Below are positions 18,685 to 29,658 of a stretch of DNA of 64,000 nt, in pieces. The number at the start of each line of letters is the position of its first letter. Within the stretch, counting starts at the first letter, position 1. The notes beneath the pieces are model-generated. The model ran no database searches. It saw nothing but the letters and a program-made list of their open reading frames with translations, and was not told the DNA's origin. The stretch spans positions 11,330 through 75,329 of the forward strand of contig JAZRXD010000015.1 of NCBI GenBank assembly GCA_045600045.1, given 5' to 3'. Position numbers and translations under genes: made by a program. The stretch comes from Bacteroidales bacterium. Lineage in GTDB: Bacteria; Bacteroidota; Bacteroidia; Bacteroidales; UBA1715.

Positions 18685-19737
18685 CTAATTACAATTTGAC
18701 GTTAATGCAGCTGGAACATCAACTCCCAACTCACGTGCTTTCACCAACGACATACAACATTCGTCGAACTGGCGCAACATTTCTTGTGCTGCAGCTTGAT
18801 GATAATATGCCATACCGAAATTCGGATTCAATTTGATGGCGTTCGCATACATTTTCAAAGCTTCCTCATATTTTTTCTGAGTTGCATAAACAACACCTAA
18901 ATTATTGTAAGCCAATGCATAATTTTTATTCAACTCTGTCGCTTTCTTAAAATCATTGAAAGCTGCTTTCATATCGCCTTGCAAAAAATAAGCTTCGCCA
19001 CGGTTGTTATATGCAGCGTAAAAATCTGGTTTCTTTGCGATTGCCAAGTTGAAATTCTTGATTGCTGTTTGCAAATCACCTTTTTTCACCAAAGCAGAAC
19101 CCAAATTGTCATATATATTAGCCAATTGAGGGTCGTAATGCGCAGCTATTTCATAGTCACGAATAGCCTCGTCGTATTTTTCCATTTTTCTGTAGCAACT
19201 ACCTCTATCATTGTAAGCGTACGCATACGAAGAATTTAACTTAATCGCATTTGTATATTGGGTAATTGCAGCTTCGTAATCTTTCATGAAAAACAAATCA
19301 ACGCCCGAATAATAATAGGTCTCTGCAGTTTTATAACCATTTCTAATAGCACCATTGAAATCATCAAGCGAAGCCCTGAAATCCTGTTTGTAGTAGGATG
19401 CCATACCTCTTGAGAACCAAACAAGTCCTTGCGTCGAATCCAAATCCAAAGCCTTGCTGAACGCAGCGATTGCACCGTCATAATCTTTTAGTGTAGATTT
19501 TGCACTTCCAAGATTCACATACGCCTGACGAAATTCAGGATTATATTTTATTGCTTCCTCAAACTGTACAATAGCATCTTGATATTGCTTTGTATCCATC
19601 AAAGAAGTTCCCTTGTTGTAGGCAAGTTCTGCCTCTTGGTTTTCCTCAACAACCACTGTATTCACTACCTCTTCTTGGGCAAACGTAAACATAGCGGCCG
19701 AAAGCAAAACACCAACCATCAAAAATGTTTTTTTCAT
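18685..19737 (-). CDS. Tetratricopeptide-repeat protein (secreted)
   Basis: 350 aa. Signal peptide followed by about 9 consecutive 34-residue TPR units (..AYVNLGSAKSTLKDYDGAIAAFSKALDLDS.. and others). Confidence 0.85.
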   Translation of the reverse strand: MKKTFLMVGVLLSAAMFTFAQEEVVNTVVVEENQEAELAYNKGTSLMDTKQYQDAIVQFEEAIKYNPEFRQAYVNLGSAKSTLKDYDGAIAAFSKALDLDSTQGLVWFSRGMASYYKQDFRASLDDFNGAIRNGYKTAETYYYSGVDLFFMKDYEAAITQYTNAIKLNSSYAYAYNDRGSCYRKMEKYDEAIRDYEIAAHYDPQLANIYDNLGSALVKKGDLQTAIKNFNLAIAKKPDFYAAYNNRGEAYFLQGDMKAAFNDFKKATELNKNYALAYNNLGVVYATQKKYEEALKMYANAIKLNPNFGMAYYHQAAAQEMLRQFDECCMSLVKARELGVDVPAALTSNCN

Positions 19738-19870
19738 TGATATTTTATTTTAATTGAAACTATGTTTCAAATTTACCAAAAAGATTTGGATTAAAGAACT
19801 GTTCTTGATAATTATTTTGAAAGAACGGAATACTTTATACAAAACATCAAACGTCGGAGCAAATCAAAGC

Positions 19871-20896
19871 TTACCTTTTCGTCATTCCATATTGACGCCA
19901 CTTTTCGATTAATGCCGACATATCATCAGGAATTTCAGAGTCGAACTGCATAAATTTTCCTGTTGTTGGATGAGTAAATCCCAACGTTTTTGCATGTAAA
20001 GCTTGGCGCGAACAAACATCAAAACAATTTTCCACAAATTGTTTGTATTTGGTAAACGTAGTTCCTCGTACAATTTGATCTCCACCATACGTTTCATCAT
20101 TGAACAACGGATGACCGATTGATTTGAAATGACAGCGAATTTGATGGGTCCGTCCAGTTTCCAAATTACATTGAACGACTGACACATAGCCTAAATCTTC
20201 CAACACCTTATAGTGTGTAACAGACCATTTCCCATGGGTCTCGTCAGGAAATAATGTCATTACCTTTCTATCCTTCAAACTTCTTCCAATATACCCAGTC
20301 ACAGTTCCTTCCGTTTCCTCCGGAACGCCCCACGCAACCGCAACATACGTGCGTTGTGTCGTTTTATGGAAAAATTGATCGGCCAAAAAACATTTTGCCT
20401 GCTCATTTTTTGCAACGACCAACAATCCCGATGTGTCTTTGTCTATACGATGAACAAGGCCTGGACGAGGATCATCAGCCTCAAACAGAATGTTCCCTTT
20501 CAAATGCCACGCAATTGCATTAACCATTGTTCCCGTATAATTTCCGCAACCCGGATGTACAACCATTCCCGGTTTTTTATTGATAACCATAAGCTGGTCA
20601 TCTTCATATACAATATCCAATGGAATATCTTCCGGAATTATTTGTAATTGTTGCCTTGGCGTTTCGAACTCTATGGTAATCACGTCGTTAGGCTTGACCT
20701 TGTAGTTCGATTTTATTGGATTTCCATTGGCGAACAAGAATCCCGCGTCGGCAGCTTCCTGAATTTTTGTTCTTGAAATTCCTTCAACTCTATCATTCAA
20801 AAACTTATCCACACGAAGCAACGACTGACCTTTATCGGCTACATACCGATAATGTTCAAACAATTCCTGTTCTTCTATATCAAAATCCTCAACCAT
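19871..20896 (-). CDS. rluD: RluA-family 23S rRNA pseudouridine synthase (RluD-like)
   Basis: 341 aa. N-terminal S4-like domain (RVDKFLNDRVEGISRTKIQ) and the catalytic motif HRIDKDTSGLLVVAKN. Confidence 0.88.
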   Translation of the reverse strand: MVEDFDIEEQELFEHYRYVADKGQSLLRVDKFLNDRVEGISRTKIQEAADAGFLFANGNPIKSNYKVKPNDVITIEFETPRQQLQIIPEDIPLDIVYEDDQLMVINKKPGMVVHPGCGNYTGTMVNAIAWHLKGNILFEADDPRPGLVHRIDKDTSGLLVVAKNEQAKCFLADQFFHKTTQRTYVAVAWGVPEETEGTVTGYIGRSLKDRKVMTLFPDETHGKWSVTHYKVLEDLGYVSVVQCNLETGRTHQIRCHFKSIGHPLFNDETYGGDQIVRGTTFTKYKQFVENCFDVCSRQALHAKTLGFTHPTTGKFMQFDSEIPDDMSALIEKWRQYGMTKR

Positions 20897-21041
20897 AGTT
20901 TTGCAAAAATAAACAAAACTTTTTTAGGCAAAAACAATGACGCAATGATTTGTGATTGTCCGAAAAATGAGGCTTTAACAACTGACAATCAAAAAATTAA
21001 ACATTTAAGAAATAAACCTTTTGTTTTGTCTATTTTTAATG

Positions 21042-21049
21042 TAAATTTG
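21042..21049 (+). promoter_or_regulatory. Bacteroidota -7 promoter box (TAAATTTG) for gap
   Basis: TAAATTTG matches TAnnTTTG and lies 47 nt upstream of the ATG at 21097. Confidence 0.45.
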
Positions 21050-21078
21050 TGGCCGTCAAAAAATGTTATTAACAATAA

Positions 21079-22098
<1,020 letters not shown>

Positions 22099-22117
22099 TA
22101 TAACCCATCAAACGAAA

Positions 22118-22150
22118 AGCGGGGATTCTCTAATTCCCGCTTTTTTTTTC
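22118..22150 (+). terminator. Rho-independent terminator after gap
   Basis: Stem AGCGGGGA (22118-22125) / TTCCCGCT (22134-22141, one G-U pair), followed by a run of 9 T. Confidence 0.8.
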
Positions 22151-22168
22151 TCAAATCGAAAGCTTTAA

Positions 22169-23554
22169 ATGAACGCATTGTCCAACAAATCAAACAATAA
22201 CCTGATCGTCTTTTTAGACGTGGTTGTTAGTTGTTTGCTTTTTTGGGCACTATATAGAATACATTTTGGAAGTTGGATTTTAAATAAAGACTACACTATC
22301 CTTCTATTGTGTTCGATTATTCTTTGGCCTTATTTGCTCAAAAGGCTTGACATTTCAAAAATCTACAAAACTAATCCACACTCATTCATTCTAGGGAACT
22401 ATTTGTTAGCCCTAATCTGTGGATTGTTGGCATTGGCATTTCTTGCCTTTATTTTCCAAATACACATAAAACGATATTTCGTTTTTGAATTTGTATTACT
22501 CGATTTTGCACTTCTTTACCTTGTGGTAATCTTAATTTACCATTCTGCACAAAGAAAACGTCTGAAAGGACAAAACATCAGCAATATCTATATCATTGGC
22601 GACAAAAACATAGGCGCCTTCATAAACAAAATTGAAACTAACAAATTCTGGGGCTACCATATTAAAGGACTCATTTCCGACAATGTTCCAGAACTCGAAA
22701 AATATAAAAATCAATATCCTATCTATCCCCTAAAATCACTAAAAGAGCAATTACTAGCAGAACCAATTGATGAGGTTTTCTATTGTCAGTCAACTCTTGA
22801 CACAAAATTAATCAGCGACCTTGTATATTTATGTTTGGAATTAGGAATCACATTCCGAATTTCCTCTCAAACATTGTCGTTAACCTCGACGAAAGCAAAA
22901 TTGTATTATTTGGGTGAAACACCATATTTCACATTCCAAAACACGCCAAAACAATCTATCAATTTATTCTATAAAGCTGCATTTGACAAGATTTTCGCTT
23001 TTTTTGCCCTAATCGGCTTGTCACCACTATTCCTCATAACGGCAATTTTAATCAAGTTAGATTCTAAAGGACCTGTATTTTTTAAACAAACACGCTCTGG
23101 CCTACGTGGACGTGAATTTACACTATATAAATTCCGTAGTATGTGCGAAAATGCAGAAGAAATGAAAGCAGAATTACTTGCAGAAAACGAACAAGAAGGC
23201 CCCGTTTTCAAAATCAAAAATGATAAACGAATAACGCGTATCGGACACTTTATCCGAAAAACAAGTATAGACGAATTGCCTCAATTCATCAACGTTTTGA
23301 AAGGTGACATGTCAATTGTAGGACCTCGTCCACCACTTCCTTCGGAAGTTAAAGAATACAAACCTTGGCAAACCAGAAAATTATCGATGAAGCCTGGATT
23401 GACTTGTATTTGGCAAGTTTCGGGACGAAACAATATACCATTTGAACAATGGATGAAATTAGACTTGCAATACATTGACACGTGGTCGCTGAGCTTGGAT
23501 TTCATGATTATTCTAAAAACAATAAAAGCAGTGTTTGAACATGACGGACAATAA
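22169..23554 (+). CDS. Polyprenyl-phosphate glycosyl-1-phosphate transferase (WcaJ/WbaP-type initiating sugar transferase)
   Basis: 461 aa. N-terminal TM bundle plus the conserved C-terminal catalytic domain (PVFFKQTRSGLRGREFTLYKFRSM...DELPQFINVLKGDMSIVGPRPPLPSEV). Confidence 0.9.
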   Translation: MNALSNKSNNNLIVFLDVVVSCLLFWALYRIHFGSWILNKDYTILLLCSIILWPYLLKRLDISKIYKTNPHSFILGNYLLALICGLLALAFLAFIFQIHIKRYFVFEFVLLDFALLYLVVILIYHSAQRKRLKGQNISNIYIIGDKNIGAFINKIETNKFWGYHIKGLISDNVPELEKYKNQYPIYPLKSLKEQLLAEPIDEVFYCQSTLDTKLISDLVYLCLELGITFRISSQTLSLTSTKAKLYYLGETPYFTFQNTPKQSINLFYKAAFDKIFAFFALIGLSPLFLITAILIKLDSKGPVFFKQTRSGLRGREFTLYKFRSMCENAEEMKAELLAENEQEGPVFKIKNDKRITRIGHFIRKTSIDELPQFINVLKGDMSIVGPRPPLPSEVKEYKPWQTRKLSMKPGLTCIWQVSGRNNIPFEQWMKLDLQYIDTWSLSLDFMIILKTIKAVFEHDGQ

Positions 23555-25142
23555 ATGTCTTTTGTGCTTATTCTTTGTTTTTTCATGTATGGTTGCTGCA
23601 GCGCAAGATAATTCCGTACATCAAAATGCTTCGTTCCAACCATACGACAGATATTTATACAATTCCGACAATCGATTCCATACTTCGGTAAAACCTTACG
23701 ACATGACCGAAGTTTCGAAAATCGTCTCTATAGATTCCCTTTACGAAAAAAAATGCAAAAACAAATACGTCAATCATATATTCAACAATGATTGGATTCG
23801 CTATCGTTCTGATGAATTCAACTTTAATATTAATCCAGCCTTTAATTTTGAAATTTCGCAACATAACGGAGAAAACAATGACGATATGGGTTGGATAAAC
23901 GATCGAGGTGTATTCATAAACGGAAATATCACCAACAAAGTTTATTTTTATACCGCATTTCACGAAATCCAATCTAATTTCACCGATTTCCGCCGCGACA
24001 GAATTAAGGAATTAGGGAAAAATACGATTCCCGGTATTAGTCGAGCAAAATCTTTTGGAGAAAACGGCGGATTGGATTACGCCTACGCAGAAGGGTTTGC
24101 GTCGTATATCCCAAACAAATATTTCAGCTTTCAATTAGGGCACGGGAAAAACTTTCTCGGTGACGGATATCGTTCACTCCTTTTGTCTGACAATGCCCAA
24201 AACTATCCATATTTTAAACTTACAACAAATGTTTGGAACGTTAAATATGTGATGATGTGGTCGCAACAATATTATTTGGAAGCAGGCCACAAAGGAAATA
24301 CACGCTATGCAAAAAAATGGAATGTAATGCACTATTTGGACTGGTCGGTAACCAAATGGTTGAATGTTGCATTTTTCGAAACAATAAACTGGGGGAACGA
24401 CACACTTGGCGGAGAACGAGGATTTGAATTCAACTACATAAATCCTTGCATTTTCTTACGTCCTGTTGAATTCTCCATTGGCTCTCCAGACAACTGTATG
24501 ATGGGATTAACAGGAAAACTTACCCTTTGGAAAAAACACGTTTTCTACGGTCAAGCGATACTTGATGAATTCAAATTCAACGAATTCAAAAAACATAGCG
24601 GTTGGTGGGGAAGTAAATACGGATTGCAAGCCGGATACAAAACATTCGATATAGCAAAAATAAAAGGTCTGGACTTTCAAACAGAATTCAATTACGTCAG
24701 ACCTTTTACCTACTCGCATTTCACATATTCGCAAAACTACGCCCACGCAATGCAACCATTGGCACATCCTAGAGGTGCAAATTTCTACGAATCTATTTCT
24801 TTCCTACGATATAATTGGAAACGCTTTTTCTTTGAAGCAAAATATGAATATCTTGTTTATGGCAGAGACACTGCCAGTTCGAACTATGGCGGCGATATTT
24901 TCAAACTCTACCAAACAAGAACACAAGAATACAACAACGAAATAGGCAAAGGTGGCGACCAAGAAATTATAACATATAAAGACTTTACCGCTTCGTACAT
25001 GATTAATCCAAAATCAAATATGTGCGTTTCGCTTGGCATTTCGAACAGAAAGTTGAAATCAGAAACAAAAGATGATTTAAATCAATGGATGTTTTTCGTT
25101 GGTTTCAGAACGTCGCTCAATAATTTCTACTACGACTTTTAG
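23535..25142 (+). CDS. Predicted outer-membrane beta-barrel protein, possibly Wzi/RemB-like (polysaccharide-associated)
   Basis: 535 aa. Signal peptide (CLLCLFFVFSCMVAAAQ) and a C-terminal aromatic residue (..NNFYYDF). Aromatic/Gly-rich alternating pattern throughout. The likely ATG at 23541 overlaps the sugar-transferase stop by 14 nt. The family call is from memory of similar Bacteroidota proteins and is tentative. Confidence 0.45.
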   Translation: MNMTDNKCLLCLFFVFSCMVAAAQDNSVHQNASFQPYDRYLYNSDNRFHTSVKPYDMTEVSKIVSIDSLYEKKCKNKYVNHIFNNDWIRYRSDEFNFNINPAFNFEISQHNGENNDDMGWINDRGVFINGNITNKVYFYTAFHEIQSNFTDFRRDRIKELGKNTIPGISRAKSFGENGGLDYAYAEGFASYIPNKYFSFQLGHGKNFLGDGYRSLLLSDNAQNYPYFKLTTNVWNVKYVMMWSQQYYLEAGHKGNTRYAKKWNVMHYLDWSVTKWLNVAFFETINWGNDTLGGERGFEFNYINPCIFLRPVEFSIGSPDNCMMGLTGKLTLWKKHVFYGQAILDEFKFNEFKKHSGWWGSKYGLQAGYKTFDIAKIKGLDFQTEFNYVRPFTYSHFTYSQNYAHAMQPLAHPRGANFYESISFLRYNWKRFFFEAKYEYLVYGRDTASSNYGGDIFKLYQTRTQEYNNEIGKGGDQEIITYKDFTASYMINPKSNMCVSLGISNRKLKSETKDDLNQWMFFVGFRTSLNNFYYDF

Positions 25143-25243
25143 TACACTATTTTTTTTTGAAGATATTGTAATTTTATGCTGGCTTTTGAGTTTTTTGATA
25201 ACTATATATAGAGAAAATTTAAACAATTCAAAAATGTAGATGT

Positions 25244-25750
25244 ATGAAAAATTTACTATTAATAATTATAAGCATGGTTTTATTTTACGGTTGTGCAGAA
25301 CATTGTGAACCATTCCCTAAAGAATATAAGAATTTTACTCCTTATGAAAAAAGCGATGTTCTTTGTTTTGAGAACACTAAAGGAGAAAACATAGCTTTCG
25401 AAGTGATGGAACTGTATGCCAATGAAGGCGATAAAAAAATACCATGGGGATGTAAATGCGTATGTACAAGTCGTTTATCTTATAAAATCCATTCTCCAAG
25501 AAACAATTGTACAATAAGGATTTTCTCTGATTATATAGACAATGATCGTTGGGATTGTCTTTGTGAAATAATTGATTCAACAAATGATATAGTGTCTTAT
25601 GTCAAATCTGTAAATGAAAAAATTTCTGATACGCTTTTTCTTTATCCTTCAAAAGTTTCTAAAGTAAAAGGAACTATAAAACTTGTAAAAGGAGTCGGTT
25701 TAGTTAATTTGTTTATTGATGATGAGGAATACCTATTGAAAAATGAATAA
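25244..25750 (+). CDS. Hypothetical Cys-rich lipoprotein
   Basis: 168 aa. Lipobox-like signal MKNLLLIIISMVLFYGC followed by 7 further Cys (CEPF, LCFE, WGCKCVC, NNC, WDCLCE). I recognise no family. Confidence 0.5.
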   Translation: MKNLLLIIISMVLFYGCAEHCEPFPKEYKNFTPYEKSDVLCFENTKGENIAFEVMELYANEGDKKIPWGCKCVCTSRLSYKIHSPRNNCTIRIFSDYIDNDRWDCLCEIIDSTNDIVSYVKSVNEKISDTLFLYPSKVSKVKGTIKLVKGVGLVNLFIDDEEYLLKNE

Positions 25751-25844
25751 CGAAATAATAGAATCTGGCGAATTCTCTACCTATGAAGGAGTGGAAAGAA
25801 TAAAATAACTATGCAATACTCCGTCCACAACAGGACAAAGATTT

Positions 25845-26438
25845 TTATTTCTTTTTCACAACTCTATCGGCATTTTGTGCAATAAATTGTGCCCAAGATT
25901 GAGACGATTTACGTGTCTTTACCACAGCTTTTGATTTCGTTGTGGATTCTGGCAAAACTGGTTTTGAAATTTGATAATAATGACAAACAGCGACAGCCAA
26001 CGCATCGGTAGCATCAAGATATTTCTGATTATTTTCGTATTGCAACATTTTCGACAAAATAGCGGCAACCTGTTCCTTCGATGCAGCTCCCGTTCCCGTA
26101 ATCGCCAATTTGATTTTTCGTGGCGCATATTCATGAATAACAATATCGTGGGCAACAGCAACCGACATCGCAACACCTTGTGCTCTACCAAGTTTCAGCA
26201 TTGACTGGACATTCTTTCCATAAAAAGGAGCCTCCAACGCCATTTCGTCGGGTGCATATTTTTCTACAATCTCTGTTAAGGTTTTATAAATTTTCTGCAA
26301 TTTAGTGTACGGATCTGCAATTTTTTGCAATTCAATAACTCCAATTTCAAGAACAGACAACAATCTACCTTCGACTTTTATCAAGCCAAAACCCATCACA
26401 TTTGTTCCTGGATCGATGCCAAGAATTATTTTTTCCAT
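25845..26438 (-). CDS. ruvC: Crossover junction endodeoxyribonuclease RuvC
   Basis: 197 aa. ILGIDPGTNVMGFGLI N-terminus (catalytic Asp) and DATDALAVAVCH near the C-terminus. Overlaps the thrC stop by 13 nt. Confidence 0.93.
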   Translation of the reverse strand: MEKIILGIDPGTNVMGFGLIKVEGRLLSVLEIGVIELQKIADPYTKLQKIYKTLTEIVEKYAPDEMALEAPFYGKNVQSMLKLGRAQGVAMSVAVAHDIVIHEYAPRKIKLAITGTGAASKEQVAAILSKMLQYENNQKYLDATDALAVAVCHYYQISKPVLPESTTKSKAVVKTRKSSQSWAQFIAQNADRVVKKK

Positions 26439-27805
26439 CCGTAACGTTTGTCCAGATATTCCTTGAAAGCTGGATAATTGCCGGCAATTTTGTCAAAATG
26501 TTCTGACTTGCCTTCCAACCCACTCAAACTTTCTGGGAGGTCAGGATCAACACCAATTGCATCGATAATTGCCTTAGGGAATTTTGCAGGATGTGCTGTT
26601 TCCAACGAAACCAACAATTGGTCGGCAACAGGTTTTTCGTTTGATAAATAATCTTCAACACACTTCCATCCCACTGCACCATGAGGTTCCAACAAAACGT
26701 GATATTTGTCCCATGCAAGTTTTATTGTTTCGCGCGTTTCGGCATCCGTAACACTTTGAGCAACAAAGATTTTATCCATTGCCACAAAATCTGGTTCTTT
26801 CAAAACCAAACCTTTTTCGTCCATATTTCCACCAAACAACTCTATCAAACGAGCCAAATTACTTGGATGACCAACATTCATCGCACTAGATAAACAGTTC
26901 TTCGAAGGCTCTATTTTGTTGTATTTGTGAGTCTTCATCAATTTTTCAAACTCATCATTCTCGTTAGTCGCAACAAGAATTCGTTTTACCGGAAGTCCCA
27001 TTTTCATTGCCAAGACACACCCCATCATATCGCCAAAATTTCCCGATGGAATACAGAAAACAACGTCTTCTAAATCTGCAGAATCCTGCTTACGAAGTTT
27101 TGTATATGAATAAATGTAGTACACAATCTGAGGAATCAAACGACCAATATTTATTGAATTGGCACTCGTAAAATTCAAACATTCCAAATCAGGATCGGAA
27201 AATGCTTGTTTTACCATCGCCTGCGCATCGTCGAATTTTCCATCAATAGCAATAATTTGCACATTTTTTTGCAACGTAGTCATTTGCTTACGTTGGCGGT
27301 CGCTCACTTCTTTTTCAGGGAACAAAACTGCAATTTGAATGTTATTCAAGCCGTAAAATGCGTGTGCCATAGCACTACCAGTATCACCCGAAGTTGCAGT
27401 TAAAATCAGTTTGTTTACATTTTGACGTTTCAAGAAATATTGCATCATACGTCCCATCATTCTTCCTGCAAAATCCTTGAACGAAGCCGTTGGACCTTGA
27501 TCCAAACGCATAACATATTTTCTGTCAGCCACGTGTTCCAAAGGCACATCGAAATTGTAAGCATCTTTCGTCATTGCCAACAAATCAGCCATTGGAACCT
27601 CATCTCCCAAAAATTTAGAGAAAACAGTTGCTGCAATTTCATAATATTGTTTGCCTTTCAATGCATTCAACTCATCTTTAGAAAAAGTTGGAATTGCTTT
27701 GGGCATGAACAAACCTTTATCTGGAGCCAAACCTTTCAATAAAGCCTCGCCGAAAGTAACCTCAGCGGCCTTATGGTTCGTTGAAAAATATTTTATTTGA
27801 GCCAT
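26426..27805 (-). CDS. thrC: Threonine synthase
   Basis: 459 aa. N-terminus YFSTN...FGEALLKGLAPDKGLFMP and the PLP-lysine motif PTASFKDFAGR. Confidence 0.93.
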   Translation of the reverse strand: MAQIKYFSTNHKAAEVTFGEALLKGLAPDKGLFMPKAIPTFSKDELNALKGKQYYEIAATVFSKFLGDEVPMADLLAMTKDAYNFDVPLEHVADRKYVMRLDQGPTASFKDFAGRMMGRMMQYFLKRQNVNKLILTATSGDTGSAMAHAFYGLNNIQIAVLFPEKEVSDRQRKQMTTLQKNVQIIAIDGKFDDAQAMVKQAFSDPDLECLNFTSANSINIGRLIPQIVYYIYSYTKLRKQDSADLEDVVFCIPSGNFGDMMGCVLAMKMGLPVKRILVATNENDEFEKLMKTHKYNKIEPSKNCLSSAMNVGHPSNLARLIELFGGNMDEKGLVLKEPDFVAMDKIFVAQSVTDAETRETIKLAWDKYHVLLEPHGAVGWKCVEDYLSNEKPVADQLLVSLETAHPAKFPKAIIDAIGVDPDLPESLSGLEGKSEHFDKIAGNYPAFKEYLDKRYGWKK

Positions 27806-27867
27806 CGCAAAATTTTTTTGCTAAAATACAGGATTTTTAGTTAATCCCAACACTATCTGCACCCGAT

Positions 27868-29640
27868 TTAAGCCTCCTGAGCAGGAGCTTCTTTTGATTC
27901 CTGCGACTTGACAATTGCTTGTGATATATTAATCACAAAATCACCGATTTTTTCGTAAAGAGCATAAATACTGCTATAAATTGTACCAACCTCGTATGTG
28001 TATTCGCCTGATTTAATAGCTTCGACATGCACATCACGCAAAAGATTTCGATATTCATTTATCGCATCTTCGGCCAAATACGCATTCGATATATCAACGT
28101 CATCGTAATTCTTGTTAAGATTGGAATCCATTATCATCAACGATTTCTGAACGCAATCAAACATTTTTTGCAAATGATCTTCATTTATCTTTCCAAACTT
28201 AATGTTCTGCTCGCGTTGTTCCTTCTTTGTCAACGAAATATGATAAATACTATCGCCTATACTTTCCAAATTGTCGATAATTCTAAGCATTGCACTGATT
28301 TTCTTAGAACCTTCCTTACTACCAATTGATTCTGAAACGTGTGTCAAAAATTTCGCAATTTCAATTTCCATCTTGTCGGTTATTTCCTCGTAACGTGCAA
28401 CTCGTTCAAAATAATCGTTGAAAATATCGTCAGTTTTTGCTTTGTTCAGTTCAGGAATAAATTCGTACATTTTCAAAACACGGCTTGAGAACAATTGAAT
28501 TTCTTGTTGAGCACTTTCAATATCCAACTCCGAGGTGTTCATAAAATGACTAGGAATATACTTCAATTTGAAAGTTTCATCATCTTCTTCCGAAGATTTT
28601 ACCATCCAATTCACGATTTTGATTATTTGCGGAATGAACCAAACCAAAATCAAAGTATTCACGACATTGAAAAACGTATGGAAAATAGACAAAGCCATAG
28701 GAATAGATGCAGGATTATAGCCTTCTGTTCCTGGCAAAATATATGGATCGGAATTCATAATTCCTATCGTGATTTTTGAAATTAAACTCATCAACGGATA
28801 AAAAGCTACAAGTGTGATTATAACACCTAACACATTGAAAACCAAGTGCGCACGTGCCGCTTTTTTTGCCATTGTATTAGCAACCATTGCAGCAAGGTTT
28901 GCAGTGATTGTAGTTCCGATATTTTGTCCCATAACCAAAGCGACAGCAACATCAAATCCAATCCAACCTTTATAGCACATAACCAACGTTATTGCCATCA
29001 TTGCAGCACTGGCCTGAACAACACACGTCAAAATTGTTCCAATAAGTATAAACAACAATATCGACAAATAACCATAATCGGACATGGTTCCAAGTGTTTC
29101 CAAAAAAGTCGGATATTCTTCCAAATTCGGCATTGCATCTTGCATAAATTGAAGACCAACAAGCAATAGAGCCAAACCCATTATAAATTCGTGGATTGAT
29201 TTTAGTTTGTCGCGCTTCATGAACATAAAAGGCAATGCAACCGCAACCGCAATCAATGGAAACGTAAACGCGCCGCTCGATTCTCCAAGCCCAAACAACG
29301 AAATAATCCAAGCTGTAACCGTGGTTCCAATATTCGCACCCATAATTACCGTAATTGCACCAGCCAACGACAAAAGTCCCGCATTCACAAAACTAACCAC
29401 CATCACCGTCGTTGCTGAAGAAGATTGGATAGCTGCTGTAACAACCGTTCCTGTTAAAATTCCACGAACAGGTTTGTCTGTCATTTTGGCAAGAATAGTA
29501 CGCATTTTATTTCCCGCCATTTTCTGCAAACTATCGCTCATCAACTTCATTCCGTACAAAAACACTCCTAGAGCACCGGCCGCTATTAAAATTATCTTTA
29601 AAATGTTAATCAATGTATCCATATATTCAAAATTTAACAA
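27868..29640 (-). CDS. Na+/phosphate cotransporter family protein (NptA-type) with C-terminal PhoU-like domains
   Basis: 590 aa. Duplicated Na/Pi motifs (TAAIQSSSATTVMVV; VVQASAAMMAITLV) and a cytoplasmic helical PhoU-like tail. The track start is TTG at 29640; the likely ATG is at 29622 (MDTLINILK...). Confidence 0.9.
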   Translation of the reverse strand: MLNFEYMDTLINILKIILIAAGALGVFLYGMKLMSDSLQKMAGNKMRTILAKMTDKPVRGILTGTVVTAAIQSSSATTVMVVSFVNAGLLSLAGAITVIMGANIGTTVTAWIISLFGLGESSGAFTFPLIAVAVALPFMFMKRDKLKSIHEFIMGLALLLVGLQFMQDAMPNLEEYPTFLETLGTMSDYGYLSILLFILIGTILTCVVQASAAMMAITLVMCYKGWIGFDVAVALVMGQNIGTTITANLAAMVANTMAKKAARAHLVFNVLGVIITLVAFYPLMSLISKITIGIMNSDPYILPGTEGYNPASIPMALSIFHTFFNVVNTLILVWFIPQIIKIVNWMVKSSEEDDETFKLKYIPSHFMNTSELDIESAQQEIQLFSSRVLKMYEFIPELNKAKTDDIFNDYFERVARYEEITDKMEIEIAKFLTHVSESIGSKEGSKKISAMLRIIDNLESIGDSIYHISLTKKEQREQNIKFGKINEDHLQKMFDCVQKSLMIMDSNLNKNYDDVDISNAYLAEDAINEYRNLLRDVHVEAIKSGEYTYEVGTIYSSIYALYEKIGDFVINISQAIVKSQESKEAPAQEA

Positions 29641-29658
29641 TACAAAAATCGTAGTGAT

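Noticed and set aside
20904-20911. TATTTTTG box (minus strand) as the rluD promoter
   Set aside because: It lies only 7 nt upstream of the only plausible ATG (20896), so a transcript initiated from it would lack the start codon. It is probably a chance match in AT-rich DNA, or the gene is read from an upstream promoter.
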